DNA from: an uncultured cyanobacterium
Lineage (GTDB): Bacteria > Cyanobacteriota > Cyanobacteriia > CAKZMO01
Assembly: GCA_963719515.1 (NCBI GenBank)
Contig: CAVRCJ010000013.1
Span: forward strand, 1 to 64,000
Reading direction: 5' to 3'
Length of the DNA: 64,000 nt
This document shows positions 1-10,387 of the stretch, piece by piece (position 1 is the first letter of the stretch; every line of letters starts with the position of its first letter). The translations under genes and the position numbers were made by a program. The notes below the pieces were generated by a model. It was not told where the DNA came from. It saw only the letters and a program-made list of their open reading frames with translations, and searched no databases.

Positions 1-45
1 CCTATATCCCCCCCTAAAGGAGGTGGGATAGTAAGACGGTGAGCC
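1..45 (-). mobile_element. IS200/IS605-type left-end hairpin; the element probably extends left of the window
   Basis: cctatatccc-cccctaaagg-aggtggg resembles 13426-13454 (ccttatatcccacccctaaagcggatggg), the left end of the tnpB element at 12113-13470. Confidence 0.5.
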
Positions 46-147
46 GAAGGCGAGTAATCCTATGGGCTCTTCTGCCCTTCCACATATAGCGATCGCCATA
101 ATAGGTTAAGACATAGAATAGGGAAATAGCCGCTCTCAGTATCTGCT

Positions 148-378
148 ATGGCAACCCCATACAGCATTGACTTACGCCGCAAGGTCATCGAGGCGGTTGA
201 ACTCAACGGGGTAAAGCGCTGCGAAGTAAACCTATCTGGCGCTGGTGGCGGCGCTGCTACAGCAAGAAAACCGAGCCGAAGAGGTCCAGCACATTCTAAA
301 CTTACTCGGCGACACTACCGACCCTGTAAGACTGCCAGCCCGTTAAAAGTCTACCTTCCTACAAAACTTCGGTTATGA
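148..378 (+). pseudogene. IS630-family transposase N-terminal fragment
   Basis: MATPYSIDLRRKVIEAVE is a typical IS630 HTH start. Resemblance is lost after about 27 codons and there is no DDE domain. Confidence 0.65.
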
Positions 379-1022
379 GTTCTGACCACAAACCCCGGAT
401 TCTTTTTCTCTATGGCTCTCTGCGGGAGCGCTCCTACAGCCGGCTACTGGCAGAGGAAGCGGCCCGCATCATTGAAGACTTTGGTGCCGAGACAAAGTTC
501 TTCAATCCTCGGGGTCTCCCTCTTCATAACGCCGAGCCAGACACCCACCCCAAAGTGCAGGAGCTGCGAGAGTTTTCCCTATGGTCAGAAGGGCAGGTCT
601 GGTCGAGCCCAGAGCTGCACGGTAACGTTTCCGGACTGATGAAAACTCAAATCGACTGGATCCCGCTCAACATCGGGGCAGTCCGGCCTACCCAAGGGAG
701 AACCCTAGCCGTGATGCAGGTTTCAGGGGGCTCCCAGTCGTTCAACGCCGTCAACACCCTGCGCATTTTGGGACGCTGGATGCGGATGTTCACGATTCCC
801 AACCAGTCTTCAGTGGCCAAGGCGTACCAAGAGTTTGAAGAAGACGGCACGATGAAGGCGTCAGCCTACCGCGATCGCGTCGTGGACGTTATGGAAGAGC
901 TGTATCGCTTCACCCTGCTGTTGCGGGACCAGGTAGACGAGCTGACGGATCGCTACAGCGAGCGTAAAGCCACCGCTGCCCGGCAGATTGAAGAGGCCGC
1001 CCGGCGAGCGCTAGAGCCGTAA
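375..1022 (+). CDS. arsH: Arsenical resistance protein ArsH (NADPH-dependent FMN reductase)
   Basis: [36 protein letters not shown] and TIPNQSSV motifs. Confidence 0.95.
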   Translation: MSSDHKPRILFLYGSLRERSYSRLLAEEAARIIEDFGAETKFFNPRGLPLHNAEPDTHPKVQELREFSLWSEGQVWSSPELHGNVSGLMKTQIDWIPLNIGAVRPTQGRTLAVMQVSGGSQSFNAVNTLRILGRWMRMFTIPNQSSVAKAYQEFEEDGTMKASAYRDRVVDVMEELYRFTLLLRDQVDELTDRYSERKATAARQIEEAARRALEP

Positions 1023-1094
1023 GATAGCCTCCAGTCGGGTTCAGTTCGCTACGATAAAGCCTGTAGCGATCGCAGCAATAGCGCCTATTCCTGA

Positions 1095-1787
1095 ATGACT
1101 TTCATCCTCACCAACGACGACGGCATCGACGCCCCCGGCATTCAATCTCTCAAGCAGGCGCTTACCCTCTGCGACATTGCCAACTCGGTCACGGTTGCCC
1201 CTACCCGGCCCCACTCAGGCTGTAGTCATCAGCTGACTCGGGGCCGGCCCATCGCCATAGACCGCCGCTCACCTGACGCGATCGCCCTAGACGGTACCCC
1301 CGCCGACTGTGCCCGCGTCGCCGTTAACGCGCTGGTTCCAGAGGCCAAGTATATTCTGTCCGGCATCAACGCTGGGGGGAATCTGGGAGCCGATGTGCAT
1401 GTTTCGGGGACGGTAGCCGCCGTCCGAGAAGGACTGCTGCACCGGGTGCCGGGTATCGCCATCTCCCAATACATCAAAAACAGAGCGCCCATCGACTGGG
1501 ACAGGGCGGCAAAGCTAACGGCGATGGTGCTGTCGAAGCTCTTGAGTCAGCCCTCTGAGCCGGGAACCTTTTGGAACGTTAACCTCCCCACCGTGAGCGC
1601 CAGCGAGCCTGAACCCGACATGGTCTTTTGCCCGCTGTGCAGTCAGCCGCTGCCCACGGACTACCAGCTAGAGCAAAATGCCATCCGGTATGTGGGAAAC
1701 TACAGTCAGCGCCCCAGAGATCCGGGCTCCGACGTGGACATGTGCTTTTCCGGGGCGATCGCCATCTCGCAAGTGCGGGTTTACTAA
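1095..1787 (+). CDS. surE: 5'/3'-nucleotidase SurE
   Basis: LTNDDG, GTPADC, SGINAGGNLG, SGTVAA and NVNLP motifs. Confidence 0.93.
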   Translation: MTFILTNDDGIDAPGIQSLKQALTLCDIANSVTVAPTRPHSGCSHQLTRGRPIAIDRRSPDAIALDGTPADCARVAVNALVPEAKYILSGINAGGNLGADVHVSGTVAAVREGLLHRVPGIAISQYIKNRAPIDWDRAAKLTAMVLSKLLSQPSEPGTFWNVNLPTVSASEPEPDMVFCPLCSQPLPTDYQLEQNAIRYVGNYSQRPRDPGSDVDMCFSGAIAISQVRVY

Positions 1788-1811
1788 GTAAAACTTGAGC
1801 CCTCGCCCCAG

Positions 1812-3692
1812 ATGAACGACGGCTGCTACTGCCTTAATCGATATTGCCCCTACCCCGAGAACCCATTCACCGCAGAGGTCTGCCGGTCCTGTGGCTCACC
1901 GCTGGAGCTGGCCGGGCGCTACCGGGCGATCGCCCTCATTGGGGAGAGCGCCGTCAGCAGGACGTGGCAAGGCCTAGACCATCAGCCTAAAGAGAACCAC
2001 CCCAAAGGGCGAGGGCAGCACAGCTGCGTCATTCAGCAGGGCTGGTTTAGTCCTGAGGGCGAGGTTCAGCCTCAACTCTCTCGGCCCCAGTTTTCAGCAT
2101 ACGCCCAGCGTTTGGAACAGTTTAGTCAGCATCCCCAAGTGCCTCAGCTGCTGGAGGCAATTCTTCGGGGAGACAGCTGGCACTTGGTTTGGGCCTGGAT
2201 CGACGGGGTCTCGCTGGCCGCGCGGTTGGCTGAAGGGAGGCCGTTTGACGAAGCCGAGGCGCGTCAGCTGCTGAGTGAGCTGCTGCCAGTGCTGAGCAGG
2301 GCGCAGGACCACGGTATTGTCCACCAAGATATCAAGCCGGAAAACATCATTTGCGGGGCGTCTCAGCGGCTGTGGCTGGTAGACTTTGGCGCTGCCTTGG
2401 TTGAGGGATCTATGGCCGCCAAGCCAGCGGGCAATGCGCAGTATGCCGCCCCCGAACAGGTTGCGGGACAGCCTGGTTTTGCCAGCGACCTGTACAGCCT
2501 GGGGCTACTGTGCGCTGAGCTATTGACCTTGGTCTCGCCCTTTGACCTCTACTCGGCAGCGCAAACCGACCAGCTGCGCCAGACCTATCTTGCTCCCCTG
2601 GTGAGCCCAGAGCTAGGGCAGGTTCTCGCCCAGCTGCTGCGCCCCGCCCCCCAGCGTTACCGCACTGCTGCCGCCGTGCTCAGGGATTTGGAGGCCCTGC
2701 CAGCCCTCACCCCACAGCTCCCGCCCAGCCCGCCGCCTCAAGACAGCGCTCAAGACACCTGGCGCTGCCACCACAGGGCCACAGATCATCGCGGCGCGGT
2801 GACGGCGATCGCCGCTGGCCCTACCACCGTTGTCAGCGGCGGCAGCGATCGCAGTATTCGAGTTTGGACCTGGGAAGGAGAATGCCGTCAGGTGATCCAG
2901 CCAGGCCGAAAGGGGCACCGCGATCGCATCAGCGCTCTGCAGATCAGCGATGATGAACTGACCTTATTCAGCAGCAGCGACGACGGCACCCTATGCGTTT
3001 GGTCTTTGGCAGACTGCAGGCGGCAAACTCGCCTGGTGAGCCAGAGCTGGGACGTAAGCGCGATCGCCGCTACGCCTAGCCTCTTGATTAGCGGAGGGGC
3101 GAACGGCGCCCTGCAGCTGTGGGATTGGCAAAACGGCGTGGCGATTGAGCGCTGGCGGCAGCACCGGGGTAAGATCAGCGGCCTCGCCATCAGCCCCAAT
3201 CAGCAGATCTTGGTGAGCAGCAGCCACGACGGCACCATTCGCTTTTGGGATCTAGATTCGGCCAAACCCCTCAACGTGCTGCAGGTAGGCGCTGCCGTAA
3301 CCGCCATGGCCGTTCTGCCCCGCTGGGACGTCCTTGCTTTAGGGGATGAGCGGGGACAGCTGCAGCTGTGGGATATCGTCGACATGAGTCGGCTTTACGT
3401 CACGGCAGCCCATCAGGGAGCCGTGACGGCTCTAAGCCCCTCTCCTCAGCGGCTTGCGAGCGGCGGTGATGATGCTCAAATTCATCTTTGGGGGCTGCCG
3501 GGCAGCGCCAGCGAGCCAAAAGAGCCCTTCGAATCTAGCCTCCTCACCCAGCCGCAGAACATTGCCCGGCTTCATGCCCTGCCCCACGACTGGTGCGTCA
3601 GCGCGATCGCCCTTAACCCCACCGGAGACCAGTTGGTTAGCGGCAGCGCCGACGAGACGCTGCGGTTTTGGCGGCGCTGCAAAATTGCGTAA
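1812..3692 (+). CDS. Cys-prefix Ser/Thr kinase-like domain plus WD40 repeats (probable pseudokinase)
   Basis: YCLNRYC..CRSCG prefix, HQDIKPEN, DFG, APEQ and about 7 WD40 repeats (S.S.DGTIRFWD). The beta3 Lys is replaced (CVIQQ). Confidence 0.88.
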   Translation: MNDGCYCLNRYCPYPENPFTAEVCRSCGSPLELAGRYRAIALIGESAVSRTWQGLDHQPKENHPKGRGQHSCVIQQGWFSPEGEVQPQLSRPQFSAYAQRLEQFSQHPQVPQLLEAILRGDSWHLVWAWIDGVSLAARLAEGRPFDEAEARQLLSELLPVLSRAQDHGIVHQDIKPENIICGASQRLWLVDFGAALVEGSMAAKPAGNAQYAAPEQVAGQPGFASDLYSLGLLCAELLTLVSPFDLYSAAQTDQLRQTYLAPLVSPELGQVLAQLLRPAPQRYRTAAAVLRDLEALPALTPQLPPSPPPQDSAQDTWRCHHRATDHRGAVTAIAAGPTTVVSGGSDRSIRVWTWEGECRQVIQPGRKGHRDRISALQISDDELTLFSSSDDGTLCVWSLADCRRQTRLVSQSWDVSAIAATPSLLISGGANGALQLWDWQNGVAIERWRQHRGKISGLAISPNQQILVSSSHDGTIRFWDLDSAKPLNVLQVGAAVTAMAVLPRWDVLALGDERGQLQLWDIVDMSRLYVTAAHQGAVTALSPSPQRLASGGDDAQIHLWGLPGSASEPKEPFESSLLTQPQNIARLHALPHDWCVSAIALNPTGDQLVSGSADETLRFWRRCKIA

Positions 3693-3714
3693 GGGAAACA
3701 GCCTGCTATTGCTC

Positions 3715-4836
3715 TTACCTGCCGCCAAACCCCATGCCGCGATTTTTTGAGGGAACGCAGACGCAGGCCTCTAGCTGCGATCGCAGCGTCTCGTGATCGA
3801 GATCTTGGCCGATCAGAACGATTTGCAGCTTGGGCTCCGCTTTCCACTGCTCGTCGTCAAGAGTAAACCGCTTGCCGCTGAGGTGGAAAATGTGTCGCTT
3901 GGGACTCTCATCAAACCACAAAATACCCTTAGCCCGAAAGACGTTTTCTGAGATTTGGTTATCTAAAAAGTTTTGGAACTTACGAATTGCGAAGGGCTTA
4001 TCGCTTTGAAACGAGAGCGAGGTGAAGCCGTCGTTCTCTAGGTGGTGGGAGTGATGGTCGTGGTCGTGGTCGTGATCGTGATGAGCATGGTCGTGATGGT
4101 CATGCTCGGCGTGGTCATGCTCGGCGTGGTCGTGACCGGCGTGGTCGTCCTGCTCACCGGACTTAAAGTACTGCTCCGACTCAAAAAGACCCACGCTCAA
4201 AATTAGCGGCAGCGGCACTTGGCATTGGTTCGTCCGCAGAATCCGAGCGTCAGCCTTCACCTTGCGGAGGCTCGACTCCAAATACTCTAGCCTCGCGTCG
4301 TCAACCAAATCGGTCTTGTTGAGCAAAATCGTATCGCCGTAGGCCACCTGATTCTGGGCCGCCTCGCTATTAAATAGATCCAAGCTGTAATTTTCGGCGT
4401 CAACGACGGTAACGATAGAATCTAGGCGCGTCATGTCGCGCAGCTCAGTGCCCAAAAAAGTCAACGCTACCGGCAGCGGGTCCGCCAGTCCCGTGGTTTC
4501 CACCACCAGGTAGTCGACATTATCCTGACGCTCTAGCACCCGGTGAACGGCCTCCATGAGGTCGTTGTTGATGGTGCAGCAGATGCAGCCGTTGCTCAGC
4601 TCAACCATGCCGCTATCGTCGCCCGTCTCAACAATCAGGTCGTTGTCGATGCCAATTTCGCCAAACTCGTTGACGAGAACCGCCGTCTTCACGCCGTCTT
4701 GGTTCGTCAAAATGTGATTGAGCAACGTTGTCTTGCCGCTACCGAGGAATCCCGTGATGATGGTAACCGGTAGGCCGTGCTTCTCAATCTCCATCGCTGC
4801 GGATTGGCTATTTTGGGGAGTTGCCGTAGATGTCAT
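3715..4836 (-). CDS. COG0523/CobW family GTPase metallochaperone
   Basis: GFLGSGKTT, VNEFGE, GCICC, ETTG, NKTD, His-rich insert and CobW_C (RAKG). Start taken at MTSTAT. Confidence 0.93.
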   Translation of the reverse strand: MTSTATPQNSQSAAMEIEKHGLPVTIITGFLGSGKTTLLNHILTNQDGVKTAVLVNEFGEIGIDNDLIVETGDDSGMVELSNGCICCTINNDLMEAVHRVLERQDNVDYLVVETTGLADPLPVALTFLGTELRDMTRLDSIVTVVDAENYSLDLFNSEAAQNQVAYGDTILLNKTDLVDDARLEYLESSLRKVKADARILRTNQCQVPLPLILSVGLFESEQYFKSGEQDDHAGHDHAEHDHAEHDHHDHAHHDHDHDHDHHSHHLENDGFTSLSFQSDKPFAIRKFQNFLDNQISENVFRAKGILWFDESPKRHIFHLSGKRFTLDDEQWKAEPKLQIVLIGQDLDHETLRSQLEACVCVPSKNRGMGFGGR

Positions 4837-5001
4837 AGCGTTGTTCTCGTGCTTCAGGTGTTCGCCGGGGTAGCGCATCTCAATAGACCACCCAACTCAT
4901 TGTAGATTGTAGCGATTACCCGCTCTGATGGTGAGCCAGCGCGGTAAGCTGATGGGGGATACCATCCTCATCCGCGCTGCCACCTCGATGGAATTTGACC
5001 T

Positions 5002-5460
5002 ATGTTTGAGCCTACGACTCGCTCCTCGCTACATCGCGTCGTACTGACCGGCCTCCTCACCCTCTGCCTATGGGTAACGAGCTGGCTTCTATCGCCCACC
5101 GCCAGCGCCTCAATCCAGGTAAAGCTGTTCGACATCGACTATACTGACTGCCCTGCAGAGCTTGCAACCGGAATGGTGGCTGCGGGTAGCGTCGCCGAAG
5201 CAGACTGCTATCTCGTGGTAGGTAAGGCAGAGAATACTTCGGGCAAGCCGGTCCTCAACGCCGACGTCTTTGGCCGCATCTACGACGCCAACAACAATCC
5301 CGTATTCCAAAATCGCACCCGCTTGGGCGCTATTGACGAAGTGCCGCCGGGCGTCAGCGATTTCTCTATTCGCATCAGCGTCGCTGCCAACCAGCCCACC
5401 CCGCTAAAGCTAGAGCAGTTTAAAGCATCAGGGTTCACGGGGCGAGTGCGGCGGTACTAA
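5002..5460 (+). CDS. Conserved cyanobacterial exported hypothetical protein
   Basis: Signal peptide ending ASA, two Cys, NADVFGRIYDANN motif. Confidence 0.75.
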   Translation: MFEPTTRSSLHRVVLTGLLTLCLWVTSWLLSPTASASIQVKLFDIDYTDCPAELATGMVAAGSVAEADCYLVVGKAENTSGKPVLNADVFGRIYDANNNPVFQNRTRLGAIDEVPPGVSDFSIRISVAANQPTPLKLEQFKASGFTGRVRRY

Positions 5461-5514
5461 CTAAGCGTGTCGGCGCTTAGCTCGGAATTGGCAGCGTCAG
5501 CGCTTGACTCGACG

Positions 5515-5805
5515 CTAGTAGGGCATCATCAAGGAGCTGGTCGATGCAGCGGCGCTTGCCATTAGGTTCTGAAGAAACTGAATCGCCAAAATCGCCAGGA
5601 TCGGGGAGAAATCGATCCCGCCCAGCGACGGAATAAATGAGCGGAAGAGGTTGAGATAGGGATCGGTGAGCTGGCTAAGCGCCGCAAAAGGCTGGCTCAT
5701 CCAGTCGATGTTGGGGAACCAGCTCAGCAAAATGCGAATAATCAGCAGGACTGAGTAGAAAAACAAGAATTGCGCGATCGCAGTGGTGATAGTAGCTAGA
5801 GCCAT
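5515..5805 (-). CDS. YggT/YlmG family membrane protein
   Basis: IRILLSWFP, LTDPYLNLFRSFIP, GGIDFSPI. Confidence 0.92.
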   Translation of the reverse strand: MALATITTAIAQFLFFYSVLLIIRILLSWFPNIDWMSQPFAALSQLTDPYLNLFRSFIPSLGGIDFSPILAILAIQFLQNLMASAAASTSSLMMPY

Positions 5806-5895
5806 AGTGTCTTAAAGCGGGTATCTTAGCGGTGATATATCCTTACGGTTGGCGTTGGCCTATCCTGCATTCTAATCTAAACGGCGGGCTCTCGC

Positions 5896-6216
5896 TCAGA
5901 GGCCGTCGTTGATAATGGCCTGGTCACCGTTGTCGCTGCTGGTCTCAACGCTATTTAGCTGCTGTCTGACGTCGTCAATCGCCTCGTTCAGCTGAGCAAT
6001 CTTATCTTCTAGGCTCCGCCGCGTCGATTCGATGCTGCGGCCGCTGGTGTGCTTGATGGTCCGCGATGAATCCGATTCGCCCGCTCGCCCGCCCTGGACT
6101 GACTCGCGATTGGCAATACGAGATGACGCCAAAACCCCGGTCAAGCCACCCAAGACTCCGCCGACGATGGTGCCAAGCAAAAAGCCACCCATGAAGTTAT
6201 CCTGCTGCTGACCCAT
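5896..6216 (-). CDS. Small hypothetical protein (N-terminal TM segment plus coiled coil)
   Basis: GGFLLGTIVGG TM segment and RRSLEDKIAQLNEAIDDVR coiled coil. Co-oriented with upp and yggT. Confidence 0.8.
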   Translation of the reverse strand: MGQQQDNFMGGFLLGTIVGGVLGGLTGVLASSRIANRESVQGGRAGESDSSRTIKHTSGRSIESTRRSLEDKIAQLNEAIDDVRQQLNSVETSSDNGDQAIINDGL

Positions 6217-6408
6217 GTGTCGATTTACCCTCTATAGGACTGTTGTCTAGTCGAACTATTGATTGCGGACCCTTACTATTTTAGAATTGCCCGAAAATAT
6301 CATCAATCTCTGGACTGAATCAACTTTATTGCGCTGCGTCCCCGCTGAATTTGAACAGTTATTAAGCGCAACTCTAGAAACAGCTTCAGTTTTCCGTCAG
6401 CGGCGGGA

Positions 6409-7057
6409 CTAGGTTCCAAAGGTGCGATCGCCCGCATCTCCCAGGCCTGGGACGATAAAGCCCTGATCGTTTAAGGTTTCGTCAATCGCCGCCGCGTAGA
6501 TGCGCACCGCCGGATAGCGAGCCCCCAGCTGCTGCAGCGCCGGAGGAGCGGTGACAACCGAAATGATTCGCACGAGGGCCGGGTCCACGCCGCGCTGCGT
6601 CAGCTCTTCCATTACCGTCACAATTGACCCCCCGGTTGCCAGCATCGGCTCGCTGATCAGCACTCGCGCTTCCGGGTTAAACGCTTCAGGAAGCTTGTTG
6701 AGGTAGCAGCTGGGTTGGAGGGTCTCTTCATCTCGAACTAGGCCCAAATGGTAAATCGAGGAGCGGCAGCAGCGCCTGAATACCTTCCATCATTGAAAGC
6801 CCGGCCCTAAGCACGGGGACGACGGCGACGGGCACCTCTGGGTTAATGAAGGTGGCCTCGCAGGTCGTGAGGGGCGTCTGAACTTCTGTGGTGATGGTGG
6901 GGAGCCAGTCGCGAATGGCCTCGTCGGTGAGCCAGCGCCCTAGCTCTACCATCGCACTGCGAAATAAGGCAGAGGGAGTAGCGCCATCGCGGGCGACCCC
7001 CAGCCAATGCTTAATAAGCGGGTGGGGAGGAACATAGACGCGCAGTTGAGGGGCCAT
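6409..7057 (-). pseudogene. upp: Uracil phosphoribosyltransferase, frameshifted
   Basis: Two overlapping ORFs carry HPLIKHWL/PVLRAG and EPMLATGGS/IVPGLGDAGDR. Frame break near 6760 at LLPL|(A)SIYHLG. Confidence 0.88.
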
Positions 7058-7249
7058 GGCGATAAGCGGATGAACGGTAATGACGCAGAGGCTTTGGATG
7101 CCTGAATCATCATACTCCCTTAGTCGAACTTCGATTTAATCTTCATCAGCTGTAGCCCGAGAGGAAGCAAGCCCCAGCCGACCAGGAAACGTCCTAGTCA
7201 GGTAGACTTAAAGACCAAGCGTACAGAAGCGTTAACCGAGTATTGCGTC

Positions 7250-8854
7250 GTGCCGTCAGAGCAAATTTCTCGTTCCTCTCCTCAGTCTGCAGCCCAGGCT
7301 GCAGACCACCCTTTAGAGCAAGTTACTCAATCGGGCTCCTCCCAATTCACAGCCGCCTCACCCCAACCCGAGTTTGACGTTATCGTCATCGGCTCCGGCA
7401 TCGGGGGGCTCGTGACGGCGACACAGCTTGCCGCCAAGGGGGCCAGCGTGCTGGTATTAGAGCGCTACTTGATCCCGGGGGGAAGTGCCGGCTATTTCGA
7501 GCGGCAGGGCTACCGGTTCGACGTCGGCGCGTCGATGATCTTTGGATTTGGTGACCAGGGCACCACTAACCTGCTGACTCGGGCACTGGACGCGGTCGGC
7601 GTCTCGGTGGAGACCATTCCTGACCCGGTACAAATTCACTACCATCTGCCCGACGACCTGACCCTTAAGGTTCACCGCGATTACGAGGCATTTCTGGCTG
7701 AACTCACGGCCCAATTTCCCCACGAAGCTAAGGGCATCCGCCAGTTTTACGACGAGTGCTGGTCGGTGTTCAACTGCCTCAACGTCATGGAGCTGCTGTC
7801 TTTAGAAGAGCCTCGCTACCTCACGCGGGTCTTCTTTCAGAGTCCTTTGGCCTGCCTGGGCTTAGTGAAGTACCTGCCACAAAATGCGGGAGACGTAGCG
7901 CGGCGCTACATTCACGATCCGGAGCTGCTGAAGTTTATCGACATGGAGTGCTACTGCTGGTCTGTAGTGCCCGCCGAACAAACCCCAATGATCAACGCGG
8001 GGATGGTGTTCAGCGATCGCCACTACGGCGGCATCAACTACCCCAAGGGCGGTGTGGGCCAAATTGCCGAAAAGCTAGCGGAGGGGCTAGAGAAGACGGG
8101 GGGCAAAATTCACTACCGCGCCCGCGTCACCCAAATTGTCATGGAGCAGGGGCGCGCCGTGGGGGTGCAGCTCGCTACGGGGGAAACCTACCGGGCGCGG
8201 CGAGTGGTGTCCAACGCTACCCGTTGGGACACCTTTGGCAAGCTGTTGCCGCCGGAGCTGAAGCCAAAGAAAGAGCAGCGGTGGGACCAGCGATACCAAA
8301 AGTCCCCTAGCTTTTTCAGCATGCATCTGGGCGTTAAGGCCGACCTGCTGCCGGAAGGCACCGAGTGCCACCACATTTTGCTCGAAAACTGGGACCAAAT
8401 GGAGTCGCCCTACGGCACCCTATTTGTCTCTATTCCTACCCTACTGGACCCTGACTTGGCCCCGCCAGGGTACCACATCATCCACGCCTTTACCCCCTGC
8501 TGGATCGACGGGTGGAATCTGGCTTCTGCAGAATATGAGCAAAAGAAAGAGGCGATCGCCGCTCAGCTGATCGAGCGGCTTGAGGCGATTTTTCCGGGTT
8601 TAGAGCAAGCCTTGGACTATCAAGAGATGGGGACGCCCCGCACTCACCGCCGATTTTTGGGCCGGGCCGACGGGACCTATGGCCCGGTGCCCAGCCGCAA
8701 GCTCATGGGACTGCTGGGGATGCCCTTCAACCGTACGGCGGTGCCGGGACTCTACTGCGTGGGGGACAGCACGTTTCCGGGGCAGGGCCTCAACGCGGTC
8801 GCGTTTTCTGGATTCGCCTGCGCCCATCGGGTGGCGGTGGATTTGGGGCTGTAG
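7250..8854 (+). CDS. crtH: Carotenoid (prolycopene) isomerase
   Basis: GSGIGG FAD motif, [40 protein letters not shown]. Confidence 0.93.
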   Translation: MPSEQISRSSPQSAAQAADHPLEQVTQSGSSQFTAASPQPEFDVIVIGSGIGGLVTATQLAAKGASVLVLERYLIPGGSAGYFERQGYRFDVGASMIFGFGDQGTTNLLTRALDAVGVSVETIPDPVQIHYHLPDDLTLKVHRDYEAFLAELTAQFPHEAKGIRQFYDECWSVFNCLNVMELLSLEEPRYLTRVFFQSPLACLGLVKYLPQNAGDVARRYIHDPELLKFIDMECYCWSVVPAEQTPMINAGMVFSDRHYGGINYPKGGVGQIAEKLAEGLEKTGGKIHYRARVTQIVMEQGRAVGVQLATGETYRARRVVSNATRWDTFGKLLPPELKPKKEQRWDQRYQKSPSFFSMHLGVKADLLPEGTECHHILLENWDQMESPYGTLFVSIPTLLDPDLAPPGYHIIHAFTPCWIDGWNLASAEYEQKKEAIAAQLIERLEAIFPGLEQALDYQEMGTPRTHRRFLGRADGTYGPVPSRKLMGLLGMPFNRTAVPGLYCVGDSTFPGQGLNAVAFSGFACAHRVAVDLGL

Positions 8855-8901
8855 ACTGTATCGATTGGGTGCGCTGCTCTCGGTAACGGCACCCTGCGCG
8901 G

Positions 8902-9513
8902 CTACGTGGGTGAAAGCTGAGGCTTGATCGCCCGATCTCGGATGGCCATCAGGTTCTCACACAGGTTGTTGCCCAGCCGCTGCTCGATTAGCCGCACCGG
9001 GATGATGCGGCTAGGGCACACCGTCAGGTGATAGGTGAGCTGTGTCCCACTCTGGTTCGTTGCGGCGTCTGTAGCGGGCTCTAGCTGCCAACATCCCTTA
9101 AACGTTCTAAAGTCGCCCTCCACCATCTCGAAGTGCAGCTGGCTGGGGAAATTCTCGACCATGTCTAGCACGACGCGGGCGCAAAACTTGAACCGGAGCA
9201 TGCTTTGGCTGCCAATTTGCTCCAGGCGAATGCCGCCGTTGGGGTGCTGGATGCGGTTGCTCTCTGCCAGGTTGGGGATAAAGCTCGCTAAGCCTTCGTA
9301 GTCCGTCAGAGTTTGCCAGACTTGCTCTACTTCAACAGGAACAAAAATTTTTGCCGTCAGCACACGATGGCGATCGCGCGCTGCCACCATCTGTAGGTCG
9401 ATGTCGGTGGGACAGCAAGAAAAATCTGCCTCGTTGTAGTCAGGCAAGCTGCCAGAGTAGTCAGGCACGCTGCCAGACGCATCATAATCAGGCGTGACGG
9501 GGGATGGTGTCAT
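8902..9513 (-). CDS. SRPBCC/polyketide cyclase-like (START) protein
   Basis: VWQTLTDYEGLASFIPNL, ARVVLD, VEGDFRTFKGCW. Confidence 0.88.
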   Translation of the reverse strand: MTPSPVTPDYDASGSVPDYSGSLPDYNEADFSCCPTDIDLQMVAARDRHRVLTAKIFVPVEVEQVWQTLTDYEGLASFIPNLAESNRIQHPNGGIRLEQIGSQSMLRFKFCARVVLDMVENFPSQLHFEMVEGDFRTFKGCWQLEPATDAATNQSGTQLTYHLTVCPSRIIPVRLIEQRLGNNLCENLMAIRDRAIKPQLSPT

Positions 9514-9831
9514 AGATGCAGGTGATGTCGATTTAATTTGGAGCGACTGGGCTTGATCTATATAAAAGGGCTACACCGTAAGCCTGAAACTATCCGCACT
9601 ACTATAGTCATAAAAACCATCGATTTCGTCAACAGCTTTAAGGACAGTAAGTGCAGCGGCCATCGCTGTCTGCTTCTACAGTAGACGGCGGTGGCCTTAT
9701 CCTATCCCGTAATTGTGCTGAAATTTACGCACTCTTGACAAAGCGCGATCGCATAAGGGTGAGAGCGGTGAGGCAACGGGTTCCGAGGGCCTCACCACGC
9801 ACTGCCCATAAGAGCTTAAACTCCAGTGCCG

Positions 9832-10251
9832 CTAAGCGACCTCCACCACCGTCAGCTCAAAGGTCAAATCCTCACCCGCGAGGGGGTGGTTGCCGTCAAT
9901 GGTGACCCCCTCCTCTTGAACGTTAACCACCTGCACCGGCAGGGCACCCTGGGGCGTCTGCAGCTGTAGGGTCTGACCGACCTCGGGATTCATGCCCTCT
10001 GGAAACTGGGCGTGGGGCACCGTCGCCACCATCTCAGGACGCACATCACCGTAGGCCTCGGCGCTCGGGATGGTGACCGTCTTGGTGGCTCCGGTATCCA
10101 TCTGCTGGATGGCGGCATCAAACCCCGGAATCACCTGACCAGAGCCAACCTGAAATTCCAGGGGCTCTCTTCCCTCAGAAGAGTCAAACACCTCTCCGTC
10201 GTTTAGAATCCCTTTGTAATGTACTTTCACGGTTTTTCCAGGTTCTATCAT
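9832..10251 (-). CDS. FKBP-type peptidyl-prolyl isomerase (SlyD-like, no His tail)
   Basis: VHYKG, FDSS, GQVIPG, EAYG, DGNHPLAG. Confidence 0.93.
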   Translation of the reverse strand: MIEPGKTVKVHYKGILNDGEVFDSSEGREPLEFQVGSGQVIPGFDAAIQQMDTGATKTVTIPSAEAYGDVRPEMVATVPHAQFPEGMNPEVGQTLQLQTPQGALPVQVVNVQEEGVTIDGNHPLAGEDLTFELTVVEVA

Positions 10252-10387
10252 AGTAATTCTCAGTTTCTGTCTTGGCCTCGAGGCTACACCTCAACCTAAA
10301 CCCCGAAGATAGATTCTGCAAGGGGCTGCGGAATGAGGGGGCCACTGAGCGCCCCCTCTGTTTGGGTGTGCCAGTGTCGCCGCTCGC

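Noticed and set aside
4045..4150. Repetitive gtggtc/gtgatc tract
   Set aside because: It encodes the ordinary His/Asp-rich insert of the COG0523 protein.
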